This document shows positions 1 through 11,231 of a stretch of 30,167 nucleotides of DNA, in pieces (position 1 is the first letter of the stretch; each line of letters opens with the position of its first letter). The position numbers were made by a program, and so were the translations under genes. Location: NCBI GenBank assembly GCA_024704765.1, contig JAKMXF010000084.1, forward strand, positions 1 through 30,167, read 5' to 3'. The notes beneath the pieces were generated by a model. It saw nothing but the letters and a program-made list of their open reading frames with translations, was not told the DNA's origin and ran no database searches. This DNA is from Oopsacas minuta (taxonomy: Eukaryota > Animalia > Porifera).

Positions 1-254
1 TCAAGGGATGGTGAATATTCCAACCAGGGAAATCTAATAAACCAATCTTGTTGAAAACTACGGCCAATAGAATCCTTCGGATAAATCAATCCTTTAATTG
101 GTATAATGTTTCCTCCTAGAGTAGATATATCTGGTATTTCTTTGTTGATCGGATTATATATTTCAATACTATTCAAGGGCTCAGAAAGAGAGCTATCAAA
201 GGAAACAAAATTATTTGCATTATAAGAAAATATCAAAGGAGGATTCTTGATCAT
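1..254 (-). CDS. Partial hAT transposase N-terminus (TTF-type zinc-finger region, ZMYM1-like)
   Basis: My translation from the ATG at 254 is open for 84 codons to the window edge and ends ...IYPKDSIGRSFQQDWFIRFPWLEYSPSLD. This matches the TTF motif of the 8914 transposase (RHFSTHWYAQFSWIEYS). Not in the ORF track; the start codon is uncertain. Confidence 0.75.
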   Translation of the reverse strand, partial: MIKNPPLIFSYNANNFVSFDSSLSEPLNSIEIYNPINKEIPDISTLGGNIIPIKGLIYPKDSIGRSFQQDWFIRFPWLEYSPSL

Positions 255-613
255 TTTAAAAATCAAGAGACTACGTGTTTCTATGTAAGGTGATTATAGC
301 CATGAGGAATGATTTCACAATTCTCACATCAAATGTAATAAACTGGAAGGAATATATGTTGTGGTCATATAAAAACAAATAATTTCAATGGTCGCTGTAA
401 GAGCATCCAATGAATTAAGTATATTAACAAGCAATAGGAATTAGATTACTAGAATGTATAGTCAATTTGACATAATCACAAACATTTCCTTGATTTAACT
501 AATATTCAAGATCTAAGATAGTAAAGATCAATATAGCTTAGCAAAATTTACGGGGTGGTTAAATTTGGTAGGGGGGACTCAGCCCCCCCTAGCCCCCCCT
601 AGCTACGGCCCTG
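1..613 (-). mobile_element. hAT-superfamily DNA transposon, 5' end (runs off window start)
   Basis: The minus strand starts CAGGGCCGTAGCTAGGGGGGG at 613, a hAT-type terminus with G-rich subterminal repeats similar to the ends at 7595 and 8286. It encloses a transposase N-terminus. Confidence 0.7.
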
Positions 614-702
614 TAGGCGTGAATAAGTAAACAATTAAACCCCTATGTATTCGCAACCACTTTGACCGCCCCCCCTTGAAGAAATTCCTAGTGCCGCCAC
701 TG
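614..702. mobile_element. Terminal fragment of a second hAT-like element
   Basis: Ends ...CTAGTGCCGCCACTG (reverse complement CAGTGGCGGCACTAG). Homology to the NHL copy-4 3' flank (ATAGAAT at 27280) begins exactly at 703. Confidence 0.5.
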
Positions 703-951
703 ATAGAATATGCTAAAATATTTTGCTTCTTCTTATGAGAAGTAGACCTGATTAAGAGTCAATTTGCAATTTTGGTGAAAGTATTCCAAGATTGGAAACA
801 AGAGTAGGGAATGAAAGGGAATCAGGGGAGGAACGCGAACATATCCTAAACTCCTTTTCCACAAGTCTAGGGTGACTCCGAAATTATGAATATATAAAGA
901 GTGATATATGATAATTTAATTACAAACAAATATGTAAACTCAACAATATAA

Positions 952-2121
952 TTAATATATATTTATTACATCATCATCACTATGACAAGCACAAATAATA
1001 TCAAAGTTGTTATTAACAACTATTCCTGTAGGATTATTACATTTAATTTGGTGTATCAGCTGTCCATCTTTAGTAAATATATTAATTGACTTTCCCCAAT
1101 TATCGCTAATTATAATATTATTATACAAATCAAAACACATACAAATACTTCCTCTTCCATTTTCTAACTTTATGAAACTTTTCAACAAATCACCTGATTT
1201 AGAGAATATGTAAATATTATTAATCTCATTATTGGCTGCAACAAATATCTTATTATTATTTATTTTGACGTCACGCGGGTATCTGAGTTTGTCTTTTCCT
1301 ATTTCTCTAATATATTCTAAATCATAGCTAAATACTGCAATTCTATTATTCATATAATCTGTAACTAACACTTCTCCATTTGTGTCAGTTGTTAGGCCAT
1401 GAGGGTAACTAACACCTTCTTTAACACTCTGAATTAATTTGTAATTTGTTTTAGAGAATTTTAATACAGCATGAAGTCCGAAATCACTTATAAACACCCA
1501 TTCGTTATGTAATGCTATACCGTAAGGATAATCTAGCTGTCCCTTCCCAAATTCATGAATGAACTCACCCTCTGTAGAGAATATCTGTATTCTATAATTG
1601 TTTGCATCTGCTATATAGATCTTATCTCCATCTATTGCTAGCCCAATTGGGAAATTCAGCTCTCCTTTCTTACTGCCCTTACCCCCAATCCTTCTAATGG
1701 GTTTAGTCTTGTTTCTGTAGGGTACAGCTATATGCTGAATAGACCCCAACTTCCCCATCTGTTTTAGGAGAGAGTCTAGACCCTCAGTATTGAGGGAAGG
1801 GATTGGGATAGGTGTTTCTTTTTCGTATTTGTGTATTTCAGCTCTTGTTTGCAACATCTGTTCTTCTTGAAACTTTACTATTTCATTCTGTTGAATAGAA
1901 ATCTCATTGAAGTGTCTGATCATCTTCTCCAGGTCTGCTAATTGTTTCTTTCTTACAACCTCCTTTCTCAGATAGTCCTGCTTGATATCGCACAGCTGGG
2001 CAAGCAGCTGATCTAGCCTCTCTGTCGCAATCCTAATTATCTTCTCGAATGTGGAATGGATCATCTGTTCCGTTAGTTCGAAAGAGTTCATAGGAATTTC
2101 TTGTGCGTATTTGGTAGCCAT
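952..2121 (-). CDS. Coiled-coil + NHL-repeat beta-propeller protein, copy 1 (TRIM-NHL-like C-terminal half, no RING/B-box)
   Basis: Intact intronless 389 aa ORF. ~125 aa helical N-terminus followed by six NHL-like blades (GELNFPIGLAIDGDKIYIADANNYRIQIF; GQLDYPYGIAL...). Confidence 0.9.
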   Translation of the reverse strand: MATKYAQEIPMNSFELTEQMIHSTFEKIIRIATERLDQLLAQLCDIKQDYLRKEVVRKKQLADLEKMIRHFNEISIQQNEIVKFQEEQMLQTRAEIHKYEKETPIPIPSLNTEGLDSLLKQMGKLGSIQHIAVPYRNKTKPIRRIGGKGSKKGELNFPIGLAIDGDKIYIADANNYRIQIFSTEGEFIHEFGKGQLDYPYGIALHNEWVFISDFGLHAVLKFSKTNYKLIQSVKEGVSYPHGLTTDTNGEVLVTDYMNNRIAVFSYDLEYIREIGKDKLRYPRDVKINNNKIFVAANNEINNIYIFSKSGDLLKSFIKLENGRGSICMCFDLYNNIIISDNWGKSINIFTKDGQLIHQIKCNNPTGIVVNNNFDIICACHSDDDVINIY

Positions 2122-2163
2122 TTGATTGTTGTTCTGTTTATGATTATTCTCATTTACAGACTG

Positions 2164-2171
2164 TATTTATA
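2164..2171 (-). promoter_or_regulatory. TATA box of NHL copy 1 (also at 7344-7351, 22722-22729; TATAAAATA at 28772-28780)
   Basis: TATAAATA 43-50 nt upstream of the MATK ATG, positionally conserved in all four copies. Confidence 0.6.
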
Positions 2172-2347
2172 CAAATTCATACTCTATGTAATGTTTACAC
2201 ATAGGCATATAATTCTCTATCCAAAATTACTTATTAGAATCACAGCTCTAAGTTTTCACCTATTATTAGTTCAGAACATATTCTTCTTAATTCTGATAAG
2301 AGCTAAGTATTTCATTTTGAATATTTTCTCTATGGTTCAGTTCATTT

Positions 2348-2355
2348 TGACGTCA
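2348..2355. promoter_or_regulatory. Palindromic CRE/ATF-like site TGACGTCA (also 28956-28963)
   Basis: Perfect consensus ~230 nt upstream of the ATG in NHL copies 1 and 4 only. Function not shown. Confidence 0.35.
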
Positions 2356-2615
2356 CATAATGCGTCCGGACACATTATACCTTGATCTAATTACCCCTCA
2401 ATCTCACTGTGGACAGTCGCGGCCAGGTAATATCAAGTTTTAGGGTGATTTGTAATGATAATATCTATCATTCAGAACTAAATCCAGCCTCCCGCAAATG
2501 AACACCAAACATTTTTAATGGAACGACACATTAATTATTCAGAATTTCAGAATTTAGGCAATTCTTATTTTACTAATTTTATTTACTAAATTCTAGCAAA
2601 TATTATAAATTCTAA

Positions 2616-4740
2616 CTGAATAACCAGGAAGCATTCATTATCTTCTTTCTCAACCATCAATCAGAACGGCAGTCGATTCCTTCATCCAGATAAATGATCT
2701 TTCAATGGCGATTTCTCCTCATTTCGGAGAAGATTCAGCGGATTGAAGTCTGAACGTGATGCTTTCAGTAAGTGTAACGATCTATCTACATGGCAATCAC
2801 TCCTGTTTTATTCTACTCAACCCCTCCAGTCCCACAAAGAAACATATTATTGGAGAAGAGCGAATCGCTTTTGCAGTTGACCTTGCAAAGGAGTCTAGAA
2901 AACCTCTGCCTGATTTGGCACTGAAGGCTCTCAGATGTAGATTACAATCACTTTTGGATTCAATCGCTACTATTGCAGAAAATGAAAATGTTCATTCTAA
3001 AACAATAGCTACCTATGCTCTACAACTAATCTCTAATGAAGCTAGCGACCAAGGAACAGCTAATTCATGTAAAGACCTTCTTTCCCATGGGATATTTGCT
3101 TGTAGTGTCAAGTGATTACCGATTGACAAATCTGTCTTGTTAGATTTTCTTGGATTGGTAAACGTAAGTACACTAACATAAGGAAATTTTTTAAACCAGA
3201 AAATATTATATTCCCCTCCCCCCTCCCCATACAACAAAGTAGCTGATTATCATGCCACCATGATAGCATCATCTGAGATTATTGAAATTCGGAACAATGA
3301 TCAAGTTCAAATAGGAATTGGTATTTCATATAAATCTATCTTACAACAGACAACTTTATGATTATTTGAATCTAACTTATGTCGTGATGGTCCAAAATAT
3401 CTCTTAGAGCTTACCATCGCAGATCGATTGGATGGTTCCGGTTGTCATAAAATCTACAACCAGTTCGATGGGAACTCACAATTCAATTCAAAAAGTTTCA
3501 TTCTCTTTGCCTTCAAGATTCAATCAATTATTGATTCTAATGGAAATACACTTTAGTCAAACCAAGTTCCTAATTCACCATTTTGTGTCAGACCAATAGC
3601 ATTAGTAGCTCAAGAGAAACGAAAACAATACTAAATTCTTAATGGATCTTATGATCAATCCTGAAGTGACTAACATTGAAAGGACGGACTAGCACTACCA
3701 TATGGTAATGTGAGAGTTAAAATTCTCCGTACAATGTTTGATGGGAAAATATCTGATATTCTGAGTGGAGCAGGTGTTGCAAGTTGCCTATTTTGTACTG
3801 CAAGTTTTGCAGAATGAAAAGATTTAGAACTAGTCTGATCAGGGTTTGCTATCAACAGGACGATAACTTCAGCAAAGAAATATTCGCTATTGTGGACACA
3901 GAAAATTCTTTATTACTACTTCGAAAGATCGTTGTGGTTAACACACGAACCCGTATCTGAGATTGACATAATGCCAGCATCGCCTTTCCACTACATACCT
4001 ACACTTATGTCTTTCGTTGGTTTATGCTTCTTATATACCACATGCGTTCAGGTACTTTTTTAAATGGTTGCCATCCTCTAGAGTGATAAAGGATTCAATG
4101 AAATTTACCCGGGAGTTCTTATGCGAGAAAACAGGGCGGAGAATCGATCAATCATCCGGTGATGGAGCAACAACTTCAACTGGAAATATTGTAAGACAGT
4201 GTTTTCTCAATTAAATTACTTTATTTATTGAGTTTCCACTTTGATTTCAGAAGATATGAGAGAGCCAATAATACTTTGCATAATAATCTATCAGTTCTAT
4301 TGCGTATCTTCAACTGTAATCATGCAGTAGATACAGACAAACTGAATTCTCTTTGTAAGAACACCTACGAATCGATACTCTCTAACTTTCCTTGGGCACA
4401 TATTACTCCATCTCTCCATCGTATACTTTCCTAGAGACAGACAGACAAATATATCTCTGGAATTTGTTGTGAATGAAATTGTCCTCGCAAGATGTTTACG
4501 ATATTTTAGGATTAATTTATTGCAAACCTCCACTGCTCCTTCAGAGAAATTCTTTAATCCATATCCTCCATTACAATCTCGAATTAGTTCAGTGGAGCCA
4601 AAGCGATCCAGTTCTGATAGGTTTTCGCAATGTCCTTAAGTGTAAGGAGTGTGGAGGAATCGGACACACCTGCAGGCTGAAATGTACAAATTTTTGCTTC
4701 ACCAGACTAACGATCAAGACATACTATTTAATTCTTTAAT
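2616..4740 (+). pseudogene. RAG1-like / Transib-superfamily DDE transposase, decayed, with an internal inversion
   Basis: Motifs read across frameshifts and stops, in RAG1 order: NBD-like KPLPDLALKALRCRLQSLL (~2899); LDGSG (D at 3431-3433); PNSPFCVRP (3569-3595); TMFDGK (D at 3740-3742) then ASCLFC; DRCG.THEP; GATTSTGNIVRQCF; FPWAHITPSLHRIL (to 4431); SEGAVEVCNKLILKYRKHLAR on the minus strand (E at 4528-4530); QSDP then CKECGGIGHTCRLKC (4641-4685). Confidence 0.8.
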
Positions 4741-6151
4741 ATTTGAGTAGCGCGACTTCTCTTCATTCTTCAACTTCCACACAAATAGTTTTCGAAAGCG
4801 CTCAAAGGCAAGGTACATTGAACCTTGTGGGTACCTCTGTTCGAGGCTATTGAGGCAACGCAATCCTAATCATGGCGAGCCCAGATAGTGGAAACACGAC
4901 CCGTAACAGCAATCCCCAGTGGCAAAACGTTAAGTAACTTTGATCCATCTGAAGTGTATTGCGGAAATGACGACGCAACTGAGGGGTCCATGCCAGGACG
5001 AAAGACTTGGATCGCAATAAGGCTACAATAGTTTTATTTAAATTTAAAGAATAATTAACCGTCGGGTATTAAGAACACGCAAAACATCCAAGTTACTCTA
5101 AAATTTCAAATTTTTTCCTTTCATACATATAATTGCTATTGCCGTAATAATGCAGCAAAAAGAAAGTTGAATTAATAATCTAAACACTAATCCCTTGGTA
5201 CAGAATTTTAGACAAACACTTTATCTAAATAACTGAAATAACACCAATATTTAAGGAATTGGAACTCAATTTCTGCAGGACAATACAGATAATAATATAC
5301 ACAATGAATAAATATAAACACAAATATTATAAGACATGCAATCTCGATCATCGAACTCGTTTGGACATGTGACAGGTTCGGATTATCAAGGTTGTGTATT
5401 GCACCAATTTTCATATAAACTATGAAATATCTGTTGAGTCCGCCTATTAGCGAATCGTACAGTAAACTTCTGTTACAAGCAAGCAAGCAGCTATAGCTTC
5501 AAAATAATATGTTCCACTCCGCTTACAATCAAATGAAATCATCCACGCTGGCACTTCGTTATAGCTAGAGTTCATTGCAGAGGTTCACAACCTAGGGGTC
5601 AAGGACAGCTTGGTGGTACACGGATGACAGCAGGGGATTCACGAGTGAGCGAACACCACTGAAATACTGATTAATCATATGAAACTACCTGAAATATTGA
5701 AGTGTGAAGATTCACTATCTGGTATTTCTTTTGAAGCCATTTGATTCAAATAATAGCTAACAAAATATATTAGAATTAACCAAATTCAAAATACCACAAA
5801 AATCGCGAAATTAGAAAATACTTTCGATGTCATTAGTCAGACCGAGAGGTGAATTGAATAATATTCGAATGTGCTATTTCACACCTAATATGAGTGTTCA
5901 TATTTTTGCTAGATAATAATACTACAGGGGACTATATTGGACTCAATAAATATCAATCCTTAGTCAGATTGGGAAATAACTCAAACCATTAATGAATTAA
6001 ATTCATCAAATTTGTATTCACGGAAATTCGTTAAATTTAGTGATAATTCTATAACAGAGATCCTCTGTTCCCTTCAAACAACAAATTGTTATTGGAAACT
6101 GTGAAATTGGGAATTTAATTACAAACAAATATATAAATAACAACAAAACTA

Positions 6152-7301
6152 TTAGTACATATTTATTCCATAACTAGCACAAATAATATCAAAGTTGTTA
6201 TTAACAACTATTCCTGTAGGATTATTACATTTAATTTTGTGTATCAGCTGTCCATCTTTAGTAAATATATTAATTGACTTTCCCCAATATCGCTAATTAT
6301 AATATTATTATACAAATCAAAACACATAAAAATATTCCTCTTCCATCTTCTAATTTATGAAACTTTTCAACAAATCACCTGATTTAGAGAATATGTGTAT
6401 ATTATTAATTTCATTATTGGCTGCAACAAATATCTATTATTATTTATTTTGACGTCACCGGGTATCTAAGTTTGTCTTTTCCTATTTCTCTAATAAATTC
6501 TAAATCAGAGCTGAATACTGCAATCCTTTTATTCATATAATCTGCAACTAACACTTCTCCGTTTGTGTCAGTTGTTACCCATGAGGGTAACTAACACCTT
6601 CCTTAACACTTTGAATTAATTTGTAATTTTCTTTAGAGAATTTAATATAGCATTAAGCTATAATCACCTATAAACACCCATTCCTTATTTAATGCTATAC
6701 CGTAAGGATAATCTAGCTGCCCCTTCCCAAATTCATGAATGAACTCACCCTCTGTAGAGAAGATCTGTATTCTATTATTGTATCTATCTGCTATATAGAT
6801 CTTATCTTCATCTAGAGCTAGTCCAAGAGGGTCATACAGCGCTCCTTTCGTAGTACCAAGATTTCCTATTCTTCTGATCGGATTAGTCTTATTTTTGTAT
6901 AGTTCAGCTGTATCCTGAATAAACCCAAACTTCTTCAGCTGTCCTAGGAGAGAGTCTAGACCCTCAGGGTAGAAGGAAGGAAATGGGATAAGTGTTTGCT
7001 CACTGGATTTCATCTTCTCTTCTTCTAAGTTGTTTAGTTGCCTCTCTTGGACTTTGCGGATTCTATTTTGCTGAATGTTAGTTTTCATGACTTGTTGGAT
7101 TAGCTCCTCCAAGTCTGTTACTTGTTTCTTTCTTGTATTCTCCTTTCTCAGATAGTCCTGCTTCAGGTCGGACAGCTGGACAAGCAGCAGATCTTTCCTC
7201 TCATTGGTTGCCCTAATGATCTTCTCAAATGTGGAATGGATCAGCTGTTCCGCTTGTTCGAAAGAGTTCATAGGAATTTCTGGTACGTATTTGGTGGCCA
7301 T
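6152..7301 (-). pseudogene. Coiled-coil + NHL protein, copy 2 (frameshifted; possibly a consensus artefact)
   Basis: The ORF track stops at 6642, but homology to copy 1 continues to ...DIICASYGINMY* (TAA at 6152-6154). Aligning by eye, I count eight single-base deletions in ~6285-6660. Confidence 0.85.
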
Positions 7302-8382
7302 TTGTTTGTTATTCTGTTTATGATTATTCTCATTTACAGACTGTATTTATACAAGGTTATACATTAATTATTCAGGTGTCAAGTGGTGAAACAGAAAGTT
7401 ACAACTAATCACATTTCCTTGAACTCTACCACAAGACTATTGTCTCATAGAACTACGGATGTGTTAGGTCAGATAGCTTTCGATTTGTAAACTAGTTCCA
7501 GTTATAGCTACCCATATTCCTTGTATAGAATTAGTTACTATGCTTTATTAGCTATCAGTTTCAATTTGTGTAGAAATTTATAATTAGTATAACTCAGGGG
7601 CGTAGATCGGTGATTTTTCTGGGGGGATGGAGAATTTAAAACTAGCACTTTTCTACATATGACAAATATAAATATGCCATAATCGTAGTCATTAAACTTC
7701 CTAACTCGACACCGGAACAGAAAAAAGCTGTATTTTGACTCGTTTGGATTATTAGACATAGTAACTGATCTAAGAAAGAATTAGAATAAAGAAATGGTTG
7801 TTAGTATGTAACTTAATTACTTTATTGAGAACTAGTTATGTGATGTAAGTTGACAGTATTCAGAACCATTTATATACTTTGTCATCGTTTCCGATTTAAC
7901 AGGCTAGTTAAATACGCTGAGACACAAATTGAAATGTATTCTAAAAGAAAATGGCCAAAACTAAATTATAGACAAACTAGTGATAATTATTCGAAGAGAC
8001 TCTACGAGCGCGAATTATTAATAAGCACGATAGAGATTTTTACAAGTATACATTTATCCGGATTATAACCAGGGTTGTTTGATTTAAATCAAAATATCTT
8101 ATTAAAATTCAATATTTTGATGTTTTCATTATTTTCTCAAGCTGATTATATCCATTCTGATATTATTATGTATACCTATCGAAAATCTATTCATTTGTAC
8201 AGTCAGGATCGCTTATTGTGAACCCCTTCATAATGACTTGGCTTAATACAAATCTTATGTAAGCCGAAGAATTGGGACCTGAGGGCAGGCACGTAGCTAC
8301 GGGGGGGCAAGGGGGGGCGGTCGCCCCCCCAAAAGTTTTTCTCGCCCCCCCAGATAAATTTGGAAGTTTTCGTTTTTATATA

Positions 8383-8523
8383 CAATGTAGTTAGCTTATT
8401 AGTAATATTGCTCTATTAGCAACCAGCTTTCGGGTCCCAAACGGGATTATAATGTTAATTTCGTTGCCCTATTAGCAACCAAATCTCTGCAAAATCCGAG
8501 CTGCTAATAAGCGAACCCCACTG
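8383..8523. mobile_element. pogo/Tigger-like MITE inside the hAT 5' region
   Basis: TA flanks at 8381-8382 and 8524-8525; imperfect TIRs CAATGTAGTTAGCTTATTAG vs CAGTGGGGTTCGCTTATTAG. Confidence 0.6.
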
Positions 8524-8913
8524 TAATTAATAGTCTATGTACTTCAACTGCATCGTCAAAACTATGAAATTAATAACTCGCGTTGCGATGATGGTTTTAA
8601 TACTAGACAGGAAGTAACGCTCATTGATAGTAAACTTGTTCTATTTTGACAGGCACTGAATTTCTACTATAATTTTAATTGAATTACCACGACCGCTAGT
8701 AATTGTTGTCAGAAGTTAGACTGTCCATTGAAGTAATTGAAGCATTGGTGATGCTCTTAGGGTTTCAGTTTTCAAAGCTTGTTTTGAAATTTACACATGA
8801 GTGAAGCCAATTTCAGATATTCTCTATAAGTTATAAAGTCATTCTATATCTCAAATCTTTCACATTTTCTGTTCTTCAATCAGCTCAGTGACTCGTATCT
8901 CTAACAATTCTAG

Positions 8914-11231
8914 ATGACTAAAAGACTACAACAAAGCAAAGTTCAGGCATATTTTAAAAGAAATCGAATAGAAATCGAAGATCATGTCGTCTCTTCAAAT
9001 TATGAGGAGGTAGAGCCTGTTGTTACGAGTCTTCAAGTTTCGACCCCTTTAACTTCCGATTCTTGTACAACTATTTCAACTCCAAGTTTAAACACGACTC
9101 ATATACAATCACCAATTGTGACTGTAAATGATTTGTCCAAAAATGGTGAGAAACCGAGGCAGCCTTCTATTATCTTCCCAAAAAATGAGGCCGGTAGACA
9201 TTTTAGTACTCATTGGTATGCCCAATTCTCCTGGATAGAGTATAGCAAAGAACTCGATGCTATATTTTGCCAACCGTGTCGGCTTTTTGGAGGATCAACA
9301 GCTGAAGCAACTTTTTCAACAAAAGGACTTTGTGACTGGAGGAAACTTGGCGACAAGTGCAGGAAGCACGATAGTTCTGTGTGTCATATGGCAGCTGTTG
9401 AAACACAGAAAGTCTGGGCAATTCATCAAATAATAGGGACGGTAGATAAGCAACTGTATCCAAATTTTCGAAATGAGAAATTCATAGATGACAATCGGAA
9501 ACATTTAATGACTGTTCTTGACATTATTACTTTTTGTGCCAAACAAGATATTCCTCTTCGAGGAGATGATGAATCAGATCAGTCGCTTAATAAAGGGAAC
9601 TTTCTTGAAATATTAGAACTTTTAGGAAAATATGATAGCAATGTGACCAAGAGGATAGAAAGTCTTCCAGGAAATGCAAAAATGCTAAGTCCAGATATTC
9701 AAAATGATTTGCTTACATCACTCGCTTCAGTGCTTCTAGACTATGTTAAAAGTGAAGTAGAAATCGCGTCTTGTTATGCTATTCTAGCTGACGAAGTAAA
9801 AGATGCATCTAAGAAGGAGTTGTTAGGTGCTTCTTTGCGATATATCCATAAAGGTAATGTCCGAGAAAGAGCTATTGGCTTTATTGAATTGAAGGACATG
9901 GATGCGGGCACCATCTCTGAAAAACTGATAGAGCTACTTAAGCCTTTTGAGCTCGATCCTCTGAAATGTGTAGGGCAGGGTTACGACGGGGCTAGTGTTA
10001 TGTCAGGAATACACGGTGGTGTCCAAGCCCGCATGAAAGGAGCAGGTTATCGCAATGCCACATATGTTCATTGTGCTTCACATAGGCTTAACTTAGTATT
10101 AGCTGCAACTGCTGAACGACATCCTTTGATGAAATCTTTCTTTGATGTATTGGATTTGACGTATTCGTTCATGAATGGAACAAAGCGACATGCAGTTTTC
10201 ATAGACGTCCAGGATGAGCGCTATCCCAACGTCCAAGCTCTTGAACTTGCACGTTCATGTAGTACTCGTTGGTCTTCCCGTTCTTTGGAGGTGGAAAGGT
10301 TTCTGCGTCGGTTTGATTGCATACTTGATACTTTAAGCATATTTGGAAATGATAATGATGCAGACACAAGTTTAGCAGCTAAATCTTTACTAGGTAGTCT
10401 ACAAACAAAGAAATTTATGACCATCTTAGTTTACTTTGGTAGGCTGTATGATTACTCTGATTTTTGCACTAAAGCTTTTCAGAAGTCGACAGCAACTGTT
10501 TCTAATTGTTTGATATTACTTGCCGATCTGAGGGAAAGGTTGGTCAATTTCGATTTTGACAAGGTTGTCGAATATGCCAAAGATTTGTCCGGTAAATATG
10601 AAATCGAAAATTTTGATGTAAGAGACACAATCAGGCAACGGCGTCTTCCAGAAAGGTTTAGAGAAGGATATCTAAATAGCTCTGTTGGACACACAAACGC
10701 ATCCAACTTTGAAGAGCTTGAAATATTGTTACGCCAAAATGTCCGCGAGATCTTAGCAGAATTGGATGCCCGTTTTGGTACAGATCAATCAGGCATCATG
10801 AAGGCTGCTGATTGCTGCTTACCAAGGTCTCAAAACTTTCTTAACAAACAGGAATTGAATACACTATCTGAACTGTATGCAATAGATATCAAAGATTGTG
10901 AAATAGAAGTTTTCCGTTCGTTTATTGCTCGGAAAGATGAATCTCAGCTAAATACTTTGATCGATGTACTGGATGTGATTGACAAAGATATTTTCCTGAT
11001 GTTTTCAACTTATACCAAATTCTTGTGACTATCCCTCAGACGTCTTGCAAGGTTGAGAGAATGTTCTCATCTGTTAAGAGAATAAAAACACGTTTGCGCT
11101 CACAAATGACCACTGAGCGTCTCAACCATCTTGCCCTGCTATCTATTGAAAAAGATATTGCAGAAACACTTTGTTATAATGATGTGATCGAACATTTTAA
11201 GCAGATGAAGCACCGCCGCTTTCTTTTGTAA
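8914..11231 (+). CDS. hAT transposase (ZMYM1-like: TTF zinc finger, DDE core, dimerization domain); one -1 frameshift
   Basis: 704 aa ORF with ILADEVKD, GQGYDGASVMSG, YVHCASHRLNL, TRWSSR. Adding one T to the T4 run at 10991-10994 joins it to DIFPDVFNLYQILVTIPQTSCKVERMFSSVKRIKTRLRS..., giving ~772 aa. Confidence 0.9.

Noticed and set aside
1007-1213. Short plus-strand ORFs antisense to NHL genes (also 2101, 7122, 21736, 27627, 28550, 28711)
   Set aside because: They are shadows of the conserved minus-strand genes and flanks; they recur only because the DNA is duplicated.
952-2121. NHL gene as the RAG2-like partner of the adjacent RAG1-like gene
   Set aside because: Both are six-bladed propellers, but RAG2 is kelch-type with a PHD finger and lies convergent to RAG1. 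This is an NHL repeat with a coiled coil, lies divergent, and has paralogues unlinked to the element.
2405-2445. Full V(D)J recombination signal sequence
   Set aside because: A heptamer-like CACTGTG is present, but there is no ACAAAAACC-like nonamer at 12- or 23-bp spacing and no partner site after 4740.
4741-5950. Possible gene or RAG2L between the RAG1-like fossil and NHL copy 2
   Set aside because: Only Tigger-like fragments (~5340-5480) and a GC-richer patch (4800-5030) are present; I could not identify kelch GG/Y/W spacing or a PHD motif.
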